From Carcharhinus longimanus (lineage: Eukaryota), in NCBI GenBank assembly GCA_030264375.1, contig JASCQW010000098.1, positions 63,890,362 through 63,954,361 of the forward strand: a stretch of 64,000 nt of DNA. The letters run 5' to 3'. The translations under genes were made by a program, and so were the position numbers. The stretch's first letter is position 1; each line of letters opens with the position of its first letter. A model generated the notes under the pieces. It saw only the letters and a list, made by a program, of their open reading frames with translations, did not search any database and was not told the DNA's origin. Below, piece after piece: positions 12,782 through 24,241 of the stretch.

Positions 12782-13341
12782 ACATCTTTTTATTACAGCT
12801 GTCAATGCGTGGTTAGTTACAATGAATACCGAGTTGTAGCAGTAGTGATAGTTTTTGGAATGCAGTCTTTCACTTATGGAGATGTGAGTAATCTGCCTGC
12901 TAATATCTCCTAATTTATTCCAGATCACTAGTGATTGAGAATCTACTTCAGGTTTATGTTTAGAAACTGTTAAAAAATGTGACTTAAACAAGTTTATTTT
13001 CAAAGGCTGCACCATTTGACTGCAAAATAGCAATCGTCATATTTCAAAAGGTAACTAAATATGTAATTAGTCTGAACTGTTTTAATGTGCAAGGTGTTGT
13101 ATGAAATGAAGATTGCCAGAGATCACTTCAGGTACTGTCCCATCCACAGAGCTGTCTACCTGCTGAATATTTCTAACACGCTCCTGAAATGCTGTAATGA
13201 TTCATACATTCTAAACCAGTACCTTGTCAATGGGAGATGCCTCAGATGTTGGTTTTACAGTGGTGCAAATTAATACCCTAATTGGAATAAAACAGAACTG
13301 ATTTGTTAAAATTTCTTGAGCCTACTGTTCATCACATTTAG

Positions 13342-13539
13342 TGATTTTGAATTCCAACAGCTTTATTTGGAATCATGAGCTTTTGGAATGCTGCTCCTTC
13401 ATCAGGTGACTCATCTGATGTGCTCTGAAAGCTGGTGAATACAAACAAAACTGTTGGACTTTAACCTGGCATTGAGAGAATTGAATTCTTACTGTGCCCA
13501 CCCCAGTCCAATGCCAGCATTTCCACATGATTTTGAATT
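13342..13539. mobile_element. Penelope-like element remnant: inverted pseudo-LTR pair with two decayed hammerhead motifs and a 12-bp flanking direct repeat
   Basis: Minus strand TCAC CTGATGA AGGAGCAGCATTCC AAAA GCTC ATGA; plus strand TCAT CTGATG TGCTCT GAAA GCTG GTGA; TGATTTTGAATT at 13342-13353 and 13528-13539. Confidence 0.75.
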
Positions 13540-13544
13540 GGCTG

Positions 13545-13700
13545 TAGATTGCAATGCTGAAGACAGATCGGATTTTTATTAGGGAAAGATATGGAGGAAC
13601 ATGGATCAATACATTGGAATGAGGTACAGGTCTGGTATGCTCAAACTAAATGGTGGCAGAACAGGTTCAAGAGGTTGGATGCCTGCTCCTGTTCCTATAA
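13545..13700 (+). mobile_element. Old CR1 3' tail
   Basis: AAATGGTGGCAGAACAGGTTCAAGAGG...GCCTGCTCCTGTTCCTAT. Confidence 0.6.
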
Positions 13701-15294
13701 TTTGTATTTTGTAGCAAAACAAAATAACCCCCAATGACGATTATTGGGGCTTTGCATTCCTGGATCATTTAAAGTACAGGAAGGCAATTGTGGACATTAT
13801 TGAAAGCACCTTGGTAACACCTCTTACCATATTCTCTGGTGTTGGAATTGAGGATGCTTAGAACATTTGTTTTCATAGAATATTATCCCCTTGTCTTAGC
13901 TTTGTGAATTTCTTTTTGCTTTTCGGTATCTTGGCCAGTGATACAGGACTAGGCTGCAGACTCTGATTTAAGACAATATTCTGATAAACACATTTTTCTA
14001 CTGACTGACACCAAACCATTCTGTAATGAGCACCATGGAACCTATGCAGTAGACAAATAAAAAAGGATTTAGAAAGGCGCCAAAATGTATTAGGTTGCTT
14101 TGACATAAATTCCAGTTTAATGAAAATGTACAATGAATGCCATGGTGGTTCAGTGAACAAAGGATATTTGACTTAGTCTTTTTTAATGTAATGTTGAGCC
14201 TCTTTTATTGCCTTAATAAATTCTGAAAAGTTATGAGTTTCTTCTTCCAGAGTAGATCTTATATTATTTTGTGAAAAATTCAAATTTATACAAATTTGTG
14301 AAAATTGTGATAATGTCTAGGACATTAGTTATGAATTTGGCCTTTGAAATTCTTTAAGAACTTGCGGAGCAATTGAATTTTTCTTAGGGGGTTGAGTTTT
14401 CAATTGAGGTTTTGTGCAATTGCATCAGGGTGGCTTATTCGTGAAAGGACTGTGTTGGCAGTAATTATGCAATTTTGGATTGAAATGATAAGATTTATAT
14501 TTCTGTTGTTGACAGGAGTTCTGTATTTTTTGGTCTGAGTCTGTTTTATTTGTATCAAAAAGATTTGAAATGACAATTCACTGGTGGAGATNNNNNNNNN
14601 NATTGTCATGAAAAATGACAAGGCTGATCGAGGGATAGAAAAAAATCTCAAACTAGCCCACATTTGGGTCTCATTTAGAATTGTACAATGCATATGACAC
14701 ACATAATTTTAATTGAGCTTCTTTCTGCTCTAGCTCAATTCAGTGTCATGCTCTGTATCTTTAGCAGCCTTCAACAGCTACAACTGCACTTTGAATAATC
14801 CTTTCCCTGGTCAGAAGTGAAACTTGTAATGGTGTCATTTGTAATGTGTCAGTGTGCTGCAAGGATCAGTATCTTGATGAGGGAGAGGCTGTAGGCATCT
14901 TTCTGGTTTATACTCATTGATATCCTGCTACCTGATTATTTATTTAAATGTTTTGCAGCCTTTCAGAGGCAAATGTCTTTTCAAGATCTCTCTTAATAAC
15001 AAAGCCGGTTTCTGACAATTAATATTGTGGAATAAAATGTATAGAATTATATTACTCACTGAGGGAGCAGCTGTTTTGTATTTTCTCTCCATATTTTCAG
15101 AAGAAAGAGTGAAGAAAAGCCTTTATCTCCTGACTTTCTTATTCGCAGAATCTTATCTTGTGGTTTCCAGAAATTTGAAATAATCTTACTGTTTCACACA
15201 ATTCCAGGAGCTGATATCGGATGTAATTCTCAGATCTCATCATGTGTTGTGGAATGCTACATTGTTGCTTTGTATTGAGTGATGTGGCATTCTG

Positions 15295-15443
15295 GTGTGG
15301 ACATGCTGGCATTGGACTGGGGTGCGCTCAGTAAGAAGTCTCACACACCAGATTAAAGTCCTAATAAAGGAGCAGTGCTCCAAAAGCTTGAGCTACCAAA
15401 TAAACCTGTTGCACTTTAACCCTGATATTGAGAGACTTATGAC
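15295..15443. mobile_element. Penelope-like pseudo-LTR remnant with inverted arms and a decayed hammerhead
   Basis: Minus-orientation GGACTGGGG..CAGTAAGAAGTCTCAC..TTAAAGTCC joined to plus-orientation CTAATAA AGGAGCAGTGCTCC AAAA GCTTG..CCAAATAAACCTGTTG; same family as 13342. Confidence 0.7.
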
Positions 15444-15702
15444 GTATACCAATACATATAGTTTCAGATAATATAGCAATACATCACAGAAATTATACAT
15501 GTGCCTTCTGACCTACTGTTTAGTCATTGGCATATTATTTGAATAATAATTTGGTGATCTACAGATCTGTGGTTGCCATAATACGGCTATGGGATTGTCA
15601 GTTCCTTGAGATCTTCAAGATCTGTTACTTGAGTCTTAATCTACAATCTACTGACAGACGGAGCCTTATTCAGGCCTTATATCAAGGAACACCTACAAGC
15701 CT

Positions 15703-15990
15703 AGGGGTGGCACAATAGCACAGTCATCAGCACTGCTGCCTCAGTGCCAGGGACCTGGGTTCAATTCCCGATTTGGTCACTGTCCGAATGGAGTTTGCAC
15801 GTTCGCTCCTTATCTGCATAGGTTTCCTCCAGATGCCCTGATTTCCTCCCACAATCTGAAAGGTGTGCTGGTTAGGTGCATTGACCTGAACAAGTGCCAG
15901 GCTGTGGTGATGAGGGGAATTTCACAGTAACTTCATTGCAGTGTTAATGAAAGCCTTACTTGTGATGAATAAACTTTTTTTAAAAACTTA
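15703..15990 (+). mobile_element. HE1-related tRNA SINE with an alternative tail
   Basis: HE1 head and core, then tail CACAGTAACTTCATTGCAGTGTTAATG..CTTGTGA..AATAAACTTT; matches 38678-38935. Confidence 0.88.
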
Positions 15991-17847
15991 AGCAAAATCA
16001 GAAATTCACTCTATATAAGTTAGAAGAGGCAATATGAAGAAACTTTATACCTTAATTATAAGCCAGAAAGGATTCTGGGGACTGTCTTTAGCCTAGCTTT
16101 CATAGTTCCTAATGTAATAATCTCCAAATCTATATTGGTATTATGTAATTCTCTAAGAGATACCCATTATTGTTCAAAGAGTCATCATTTTTGACAGCTG
16201 TCACGGGTGATGCTATTTATATAAGAGCTTCAAATATACCTGCCGCAACTGAGATTGTGGATGGATGCTTGGAAGGTATTACAGATTTAATTTTATGATA
16301 GAAGTGACCTTCAAGGAGCTAATGATCAATTTAATCATCAAAGGTTGTGCTTTTTATTGTCCAACCTAAATTGTTAGAAAAACATGCAAAGAGAGGGATA
16401 ACTAAAAAAAAATTAGAAGACTTTGATCATGTAATCTGGAGGTGATATAATAATTGCAAAACATGCAATTTAACTAATGGCTCAGGCAGCAGGAATAAAT
16501 TGATGATTATGTACAAGTAGGCTAGAGAAGGGACTCCCAAGGCAGCTAGCTCGAGTCAAGAAAGAGGTGTGGAATGGAGTCTGAGCCTGTTTTCTGCAGA
16601 CAAATCAGAGGCAGTCATAAGTTGAGTGCCAAACATACGCCATTAACCCCCCCACCCCGCCAATGTCATCTCATGCTCCCACCCATCATCGTTTGCCCTT
16701 CTATGGGAATACCTTAAAGTCATGTAGAGATTAAAATATAAGTCTTAATATCCATTACAGCTTTCACTGTAATAAACACACATTCAAAACTTTGAAAACC
16801 CTCAAGTACTTAATCCTTTACCAAGTAAATAAACTTGTATTCATAACCCCATATCAAAGACAGCTAATCCTTTATTAACTTCTTTGTGGTCAAACTATGA
16901 ACTTAGAACTCCCTACCAAGATAATTATATGTTGCTGACAGTCAACCATTAATAATAATATAGTGATGATTGTTACAGATGTTTCTGCTCTTATGGCCAG
17001 TGATCAGAATGTTTTGTCTGGAAAATAGTGTACTTCCTTACCCTTGGAGGATGGATCTCAATTAAATAATTCTGCAACAAGCTTGAGTTTAAAAATAAGA
17101 GGATATTTATTCTCTCTTATAAATTAAATAGAATGTCTCACATGTTCATTCTCATCAACCCGCTGACAGTTTAATAAAAAGGTATTATCTTTACCTATAG
17201 ATTAGTTAACTCGGTCTCTGGTTCATGATCTCAGGCCTGCCACATGGCAGGCCTGTAGTATTTTGATTGGATTTAATGGTGAAGTGAGGGCCTTGTACAA
17301 CAAATTGTTCACAGTAACTTGAGGTTTCTCAGTCAAATAGCCAGGAGATTGATTCTCAAGTGAACTCGAAAGTAGAACAGGTTCCATACTCTAGATGCCT
17401 AATGTCTCGCAGTTTGTTTGAACTGATTGTTTGGTGACTGCAAATAGCTTGTTGCTGGTTTTTAAAAGCAAACAAAAGCATGGCTGCCACACCATATAAC
17501 CTTCCACAAGTTCTCAAGTCCTTGGGTAGTGTTTTAATGTCCTGTCTCATGAGTTAACACAACTGCAGGCCACCAAGTCTAATTTGGAAGGTGGGGGGTG
17601 GGGTGCGAGGAGCTATCATGATATGGTGGTCAGTCTTAGGGGCTCTCAACATCCAGCAAATTGAGTTTCAATCTGCCTGATCAGTTTGAAACATGGAGAC
17701 CAGTCTGAAAAATTCTTATGTTGGCACATCCTTAAGCAAAGAGATGTGTCAAGTCTCTAAGAGGATTGAGAATGTCCATATTTAAATAGGTATACGCTTG
17801 GGACTTGTACAATCTGTAGCTCAAAGGTCATTTGAGAGCTTCAAGTT

Positions 17848-18405
17848 TTTAGGTGTCCAGATTTGCATCCCCCCCCCAAGCTGATGCTATAGTTAAGAAA
17901 ACCCACCAATGCCTCTCCTTTCTCAGAAGACTAAGGAAATTTGCATGTCTGCTACGACTCTCACCAATATTTACAGATGCACCATAGAAAGCATTCTTTC
18001 TGGTTGTATCACAGTTTGGTATGGCTCCTGTTCTGTCCAAGACCGAAAGAAACTACAAAGGATCGTGAATGAAGCTCTGTCCATCACTCAAACCAGCCTC
18101 CCATCTGTATACACTTTCTGCTGCCTTGGAAAAGCAGGCAACATAATCAAGGACCCCACGCATTCTGGACATACTATCTTCCACTTTCGTCTGTTGGGAA
18201 AAAGATACGAAAGCCTGAGATAAGATACCAATTGACTCAAAACCAGCTTCTTCCCTGCTAGACAGGGATTTGAATGGCCCTACTTCATGTTAAGTTGATC
18301 TTTCTCTACATCCCAGCTATGACTAACATTCTGCACTCTCCTTCCTTCTATGTAGAGAATGCAAGAAACAATACTTTTCACTATATACGTAACAATAATA
18401 AATCA
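17848..18405 (+). mobile_element. Rex1/Babar-type LINE 3' fragment (RT C-terminus, DUF1891-like)
   Basis: ORF 17909-18223 MSATTLTNIYRCTIESILSGCITVWYGSCSVQDRKKLQRIVNEA..IIKDPTHSGH..GKRYESLR is a typical Rex1 C-terminus; the 3' UTR ends in AATAATAAATCA. Confidence 0.85.
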
Positions 18406-20488
18406 TATTTGCAGCAACTATTTGACTGAAAATTCATATGATGTCTCTATACTGGGCATGACATGGCCATTTGAGATAATGTCAACAAACAGCTATTGTA
18501 ACTGCTAGAACAGACATTTTGAATTTAAACAACATAACAGCTTGAAAGTTCAATAGACCTTAGTCACCCTTTGTGAATATTTGCAGCTACCACACTGAAC
18601 TGCTTCTTATCTTTCATGCGAAACATTACAGGTTCCTGCAGAAGAATCATGTCTCTCCCAGTGAAAATGGGATCTGTCAGAAATGGAGTGAGGACCTCCG
18701 AATCTGGACTGCCAGTTTTAAAAGGTCTGAGAGTCTCCATGAAAATCTGGCCCAAAGAGATTCATTTGGAAAGTAAAGGATTTCATGTTGAAGAGCCAAA
18801 ACACTAACAGCAATCTTCTGCACAATCCACCCCCACCCCCCGCAATAACCCGAGGTGCTCAAAGCAAAAGTGACATATTTTAAAAGGAATGTCTTGAAGA
18901 CCCAAGCAACCATTTGGTGCTTTGTGAATTGCTGTGTGGTGATTTTGACATCAGTATAGTTTGATTTTGTAACAATTGTTTTTTAGGGAAAAAAAATCAT
19001 CCTGACATGGGATTGCCATGTTCCAATGTTAATAAGCTGTCTGTGTGACACTGAGGAATTGAGACTGAACTTAAATATCCATCCCCAGGAAGGTTAGGGC
19101 CACCTGTTCTGAAAGTGAATGATTTTGCCAAGGGAGCTCAATGTGTTTTGAAAAGCTTCTTCTGCAGAACATGGTTTGGGGGAAAACACTTTGCAGCCTC
19201 TCAGTTGGCCCACCACAGCTCGGAGAACGATTAATCAGAAACCTCTTCATTTTATTTGACAGTCACGAGTGCAAATTCTCCGAGGCACCTCAATCATGAG
19301 AATGTGGTTTGAAGATTTGAGAATTGAAGCTGCCACTTAACTGCAACATTAGAAGGTTCAGTTGCAAGTCTAGCTGTCAAATATATAAACATAGAATGGT
19401 CAACTACATATATTGGTCTCTCAATTTTTGAGCTGAACAATTGATTTTGTACCTCGTTTAGAAATAGGAATGAATTTAAGACAAATTAACCTGATTTCTG
19501 AACTGACGGAAAACTGTTTACAGGACTGAAGTATGTGCTTGGGCTTTAATCAACTTTTGTTCTATTGACAAAAATGTAGTGTTCCTACCAGTAATAAACT
19601 AGTTTCTGCTACAAAGAAAGGAGCCCTACATACATTTATGCAGTAAGCCGCTGTGGCATCAGAATATACTCTGGGCAGGATTTTCTGTGGGCTTTAGAAT
19701 CCTGCTGTGAGGTTCAAATGGCAGTTAGAAGGCAACACCATGTGGGGAACAGTCACGCAATGATTTTCCCTGAATTTCCCAATTAATGATTTGAGGATGA
19801 GCTTGACACCCCATTAAGGGTCAGATCTCAAAGCTGTAGAGCCATTAGTTGGCCCTTTGCCACTAAAGCAGCAGCAGGCTGTCTTTCAAACCAAATGAAA
19901 GGGAGGTTTTTGCCCCAAGATGGAGGTGATTTTTTTTTGAAACCTTTAATGGCTTCTGCATCCCCTGGTTTAATAAATACACACAGATTTCAAGATTAAC
20001 ATGGGTTACAAAGTAAATGTTAAAATCAAATAGTCTCAGCAGCTCAAAGTCCCTTTAAGCACACAGATTGGCTGTAGTCTATACGCGCACTCTGCTCTGA
20101 ACCCAAGTTAATCTATGGGTTTCTCTTCAGAGATGGCACATGAAAGTTTCCAAACTCCACTCCCAAAAACGTGCTTCAAAATCTTCTTTCACAATTGAGT
20201 TAGTTAATAAATCGTTGTTGCTGACCTGATTACTACAATAGGCATTTATATTCTGCCTACAGAACCACAGGATATTAAAGTATTTTAGAAGTATAGTCAC
20301 CTAATGATTGACATAATGCAATAATTTGAATTTCTATAACAATTTACATTTCTTCCCTCAAAAATTATGCAACCTTCTGGAAGTTAAATATTTAAAACAG
20401 GGTCTGCCCAAGCTCTGACAAAATGAAGCATCATTTCCTCACATTTCTGCACTTGAACAGATTAGACAATTAACATAATTAGACAATT

Positions 20489-20792
20489 GTTCATGGGATG
20501 TAGGCATTGCTAGCTGGGCCAGCATTTATTGCCCATCCTTGAGGGCAAGTAGAATCAACCACATTGCTGTAGGTCGAGGGTCACATTAGGTCAGACCAGG
20601 TAAGGGCAGCAGATTTCCTTCTGTAGAGGACATTGCTGAACCTGATGAATTTATGACAATTGGTGAGTCCAGATGTTTTATTGAACCCAAATTTCACCCA
20701 TCTGCCATGGTGAGATTTGAGCCCAGGTCCCCACAGCATTACCGTGGGTCTCTGGATTACTAGTCCAGTGGCGATACCACTAAGCCACCATG
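20489..20792 (-). mobile_element. tRNA-derived SINE sharing its 3' tail with the 4650-6325 LINE family
   Basis: Minus-strand head GGTGGCTTAGTGGTATCGCCACTGGACTAGTAATCCAGAG..GGGCTCAAATCTCACC; tail GGATGGGCAATAAATGCTGGCCCAGCTAGCAATGCCTACATCCCATGAA. Confidence 0.8.
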
Positions 20793-20802
20793 TCCTCTTA
20801 AT

Positions 20803-20897
20803 TATCCTGACGAGAGATTATGCAACTGAAATGTTAACACTTTCTCTCCGGAGGTGCTGTTCAATCTGCTGAGGGTTTCCAACATTTTGTTTTTATG
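20803..20897 (+). mobile_element. PLE-derived short repeat with a hammerhead-like motif
   Basis: CTGACGA (20807) GAGATTATGCAACT GAAA TGTT AAC, followed by TTTCTCTCC..GCTG..CTGCTGAG..TTTCCAACATTTTGTTTTTAT. Confidence 0.6.
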
Positions 20898-20974
20898 TCT
20901 GTTCTTGCCTTTTACTGATGGCCACTCACTCTTCCTTGCCCCAAGCAGTGGCTAAAATCCCTGTTGAAATAGTT

Positions 20975-21301
20975 ACAAAGAACAAAGAACAAAGAACAAC
21001 CCAGCACAGGAAACAGGCCCTTCGGCCCAACAAGCCCGCGCCGCCACATCANNNNNNNNNNNNNNNNNNNNNNNNNNNNNNNNNNNNNNNNNNNNNNNNN
21101 NNNNNNNNNNNNNNNNNNNNNNNNNNNNNNNNNNNNNNNNNNNNNNNNNNNTGAACCTTAAACGAGTCCAACGTTCCCGCCTCCACCACCCTACTCGGTA
21201 GCGCGTTCCATACCCCTACAATTCTCTGTGTAAAGAACCTTCCTCGCATATCCAAATTAAACCTCTCCCCCCTCACCCTTAAATCATGCCCTCTTGTTGC
21301 C
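20975..21301 (-). mobile_element. Young CR1 3' end with a (TTCTTTG)n tail, spanning a gap
   Basis: Uninterrupted TRGHDLRVRGERFNLDMRGRFFTQRIVGVWNALPSRVVEAGTLDSFK; CpGs retained; (ACAAAGA)x3 on +. Confidence 0.92.
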
Positions 21302-21679
21302 AAGTTGCCAAGAAAGAATCATATGACAGAACAGCAGTGGTGAGGCAAAGTGCTATCCATTAACAGTGGGTTAAAATTCTTCTTATGGATATATAGTGAT
21401 ATTGAAATGTGCCAACACTTTGGGTGTTTTGAATCAAAGTGTGAATGAGAATATATGTACTTACTGCCCTATCATTTGTTGGTAGCTGGCTTTAGGTGCA
21501 AAAAAAAAATGGTCATAGCATTTGCCCAAACTGGGAGGCCTGGAATGTGACCCTAGATTCAGCTGAAGAATCTGGCTGAGATGCTGGTGCCTGTTGTACT
21601 CACCCACTTTAACTAGCTTAGTTTTGAGCTGCTTTGTTGGAGGTCAGCAGTGTTTAAGTGCCCATGGTAGATTGGAGTT

Positions 21680-21792
21680 CATGATGTGGAGATGCCGATG
21701 TTAGACTGGGGTAAACACAATAAGAAGTCTCACAACATCAGGTTATAGTCCAACAGGTTTATTTGGTAGCAAACGCCACTAGCTTTTGGAGT
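21680..21792 (-). mobile_element. Penelope-like pseudo-LTR fragment
   Basis: TGTGGAGATGCC..GACTGGGG..AAGAAGTCTCACAACATCAGGTTATAGTCCAACAGGTTTATTTGGTAGC; only the 3' half of the hammerhead remains. Confidence 0.72.
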
Positions 21793-22921
21793 TGGAGTTT
21801 GAGCAGCAATGCAGGTGGTTACATCAGCAATGGGGATGGTGATTTGGGAGAGGGGGCTGGTGAGGTAGGGAGAGATAATGCCTGCTCCAAAGGTACTATT
21901 TAAAGGAAGGAAAAACACACACCTTTTTGGCGGTGGTTGCTGCAGCTGAAGAATCCAGAGCAAATCCTGAACCCATCCACTTTCACAGAAGGGCTAACAC
22001 AGACATTAGCTATGCAAGGAGCCTAGCATCCATTTTAGAAATCTGTATGAAAAATAACCAAACACATTGAGTTGGGCGCACTGGGATGTAGAACAATGGT
22101 CCCTTAAGCTGAAACTTGTTGCCCCCATTTTATGCACATAAAATGAGCATAACAAGGTCCAATTTCTATCTTCCTGTGAGAGCAGCAATGATCATTCCTG
22201 ACCTTTAGCCTTCTTTAAATGAATTGGCTCCAGAGTTGTACTTGATGAAGCTTTTGGTAACCCTGGCAACCTGCTCAGGGTACAACATGTGCATTGAGAA
22301 CTGAAGTCTGCAAAAAACAGGGTTAGCATTGATCATAATGAAAGCTTGAAAGATCTTCGGTAGCATTTTCACTCGAGCCCATCCATTATATAAATATTCT
22401 TCTGTTGCCACTTTCAACCCAAACTCATTCAGGAAACGGAGGTTAAGAGGGAATATAGTAGTGCATAAAACAAGTTAAGCTATTGTTAAACAAAGGGTTG
22501 TGAGAAACACGTGTAGCATTCTACCCTCCAGAGAGCTTAACCAGGAAGGCTGCTTAATTCATTAGGTGTTCACAGGTACAGTCTGTAATAAAAATCATTT
22601 TCAAACTCTCTATATGCAATATTGTTGACATGATGAGGAGGTACATTTAAGTTTTTCTTGCCTGCTGATATTTCTGAAAAGTCTGGAAAGACTATATTGG
22701 GGATAAATTAAGCCTGAATTGGTCAGAATTTTAATCAAATCCATTTACTTCATTATATTGTTTCTATTAAAACCCCCCAAGGTTTAACAATCCTGATCCC
22801 TTGGGTTCAGTTCTACATCACACTTGTGTTTGACAAAATTACTTTAGTTCAAATGTTCACAATGTATCCTCTGACTTGAAAGGTGATATCAAGGCAAGAA
22901 AAAGCAAACATTTTTCTCATT

Positions 22922-23833
22922 ACACAAGAACTAGGAACAGGTGTAAGCCATTCAGCCCTCTAAACCTGCTCCACCATTCAGAGAGATCATAGCTGATCTT
23001 GTACTTTACCACTTTCCTGCCCTATCCCCAAAGACCTTGATATTTAGAAATCTATTTATTGTTTTGGACATACTCAACTACTGAGCCTTCGCAACCCTGT
23101 GCAGGTGGAGAATTCCAAAGGCTCAACCACCCTGAGTGAAGAAATTCCTCCTTGCCTTAGTCCTAAATGACCTACTCCTATTTCTGAGACCATGTCCCTT
23201 GTTTCTAGACATCCCCAACCAAGGGAACACCCTGTCAAGTATTGGAAGGATTTTATATGTTTGAATGAGATCACTTCTTATTCCTCTAAACTCTGAGAGT
23301 AAAGGCCAGATCTGTTTAGTCATCCCTCAATGGACAATCCCTGGAATTAATTCATCAAATATTTGTTCCACTCCCTCAATCACAAGTATATATTTCCTTG
23401 GGCAAGGAGACCAAAACTGTATGCCATGCTCCAGGAGTGGCATCACCCAGGCTCCATATAATTGAATTAAGACATCTTTACTCCAATACTCTAATAAGGC
23501 CATCATACCATTTACTTTTTTTAATTGTTTGTTGCATCTGCATGTTAGCTTTCAGAAACTCATGAACAAGGACACCCAAGTCTTTTCATAGTGCAACATT
23601 TCCCAGCTTCTCACCATTTAAGAAAAACTCTTTCTACTACTAACATGGATAACCTCAGTTCAGCACATTGTATTCCATCTGCAAAAGTTTTGCCCATTCT
23701 TTTAGCCTCACCAGAATCCCTTGCAGCATATTTGCACTGTCCTCACAACATGCACTTCTATCTAGTGTCCTCTGCAAACCTGGAAATATTACCTTTAATT
23801 GCCACATCCAAATTACTAATATAAATTGTGAAT
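22922..23833 (-). mobile_element. CR1 LINE 3' fragment (about 0.9 kb)
   Basis: EFRGIRSDLIQTYKIL...SRNKGHGLRNRSRSFRTKARRNFFTQ; an FAEDT (FADDT-like) motif near 23770; 3' UTR at 22925-23000. Confidence 0.88.
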
Positions 23834-24064
23834 TACAGGTATAATTTTCTCATCTTAATTCCTGCCAAATGATGGGACCATTCAGGAGTTGGTAACCCAA
23901 CTGCAACATTAACATCCCATTTCTGGGTTCTCCAGCCAATCAGGGAGGGTGACAAGTGATTTACTTTATCTGTTAAAGAATAGATTTCTAATTAAAGGGC
24001 CCCTGGCCTGTATATCAGTGGTTCACCTATACATAGATGTTTGAAGCAGCAGTAACCACAGGAA

Positions 24065-24241
24065 ATGGGGTTTGACATTTACCTGGAAGAGGTCCTGTTG
24101 GAGTGTCTGAGTGACTGCAGTGAGATGATCTATCTCAAACCAGTATGGGAAGGCATTGTAGTGACAAACTTTGATAATGCATGTTCACTGGGAAGGAAGT
24201 CTTGTTCCAGGAGGCTGCAAATCAGCAATGACCTGCCCTGA
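24065..24241 (+). pseudogene. Decayed Myb/SANT-like (Harbinger accessory protein) reading frame
   Basis: 58-aa frame MGFDIYLEEVLLECLSDCSEMIYLKPVWEGIVVTNFDNACSLGRKSCSRRLQISNDLP fits the F..E.EVLL..W..I..NA..R..NDL pattern of Harbinger Myb-like domains. Confidence 0.4.
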
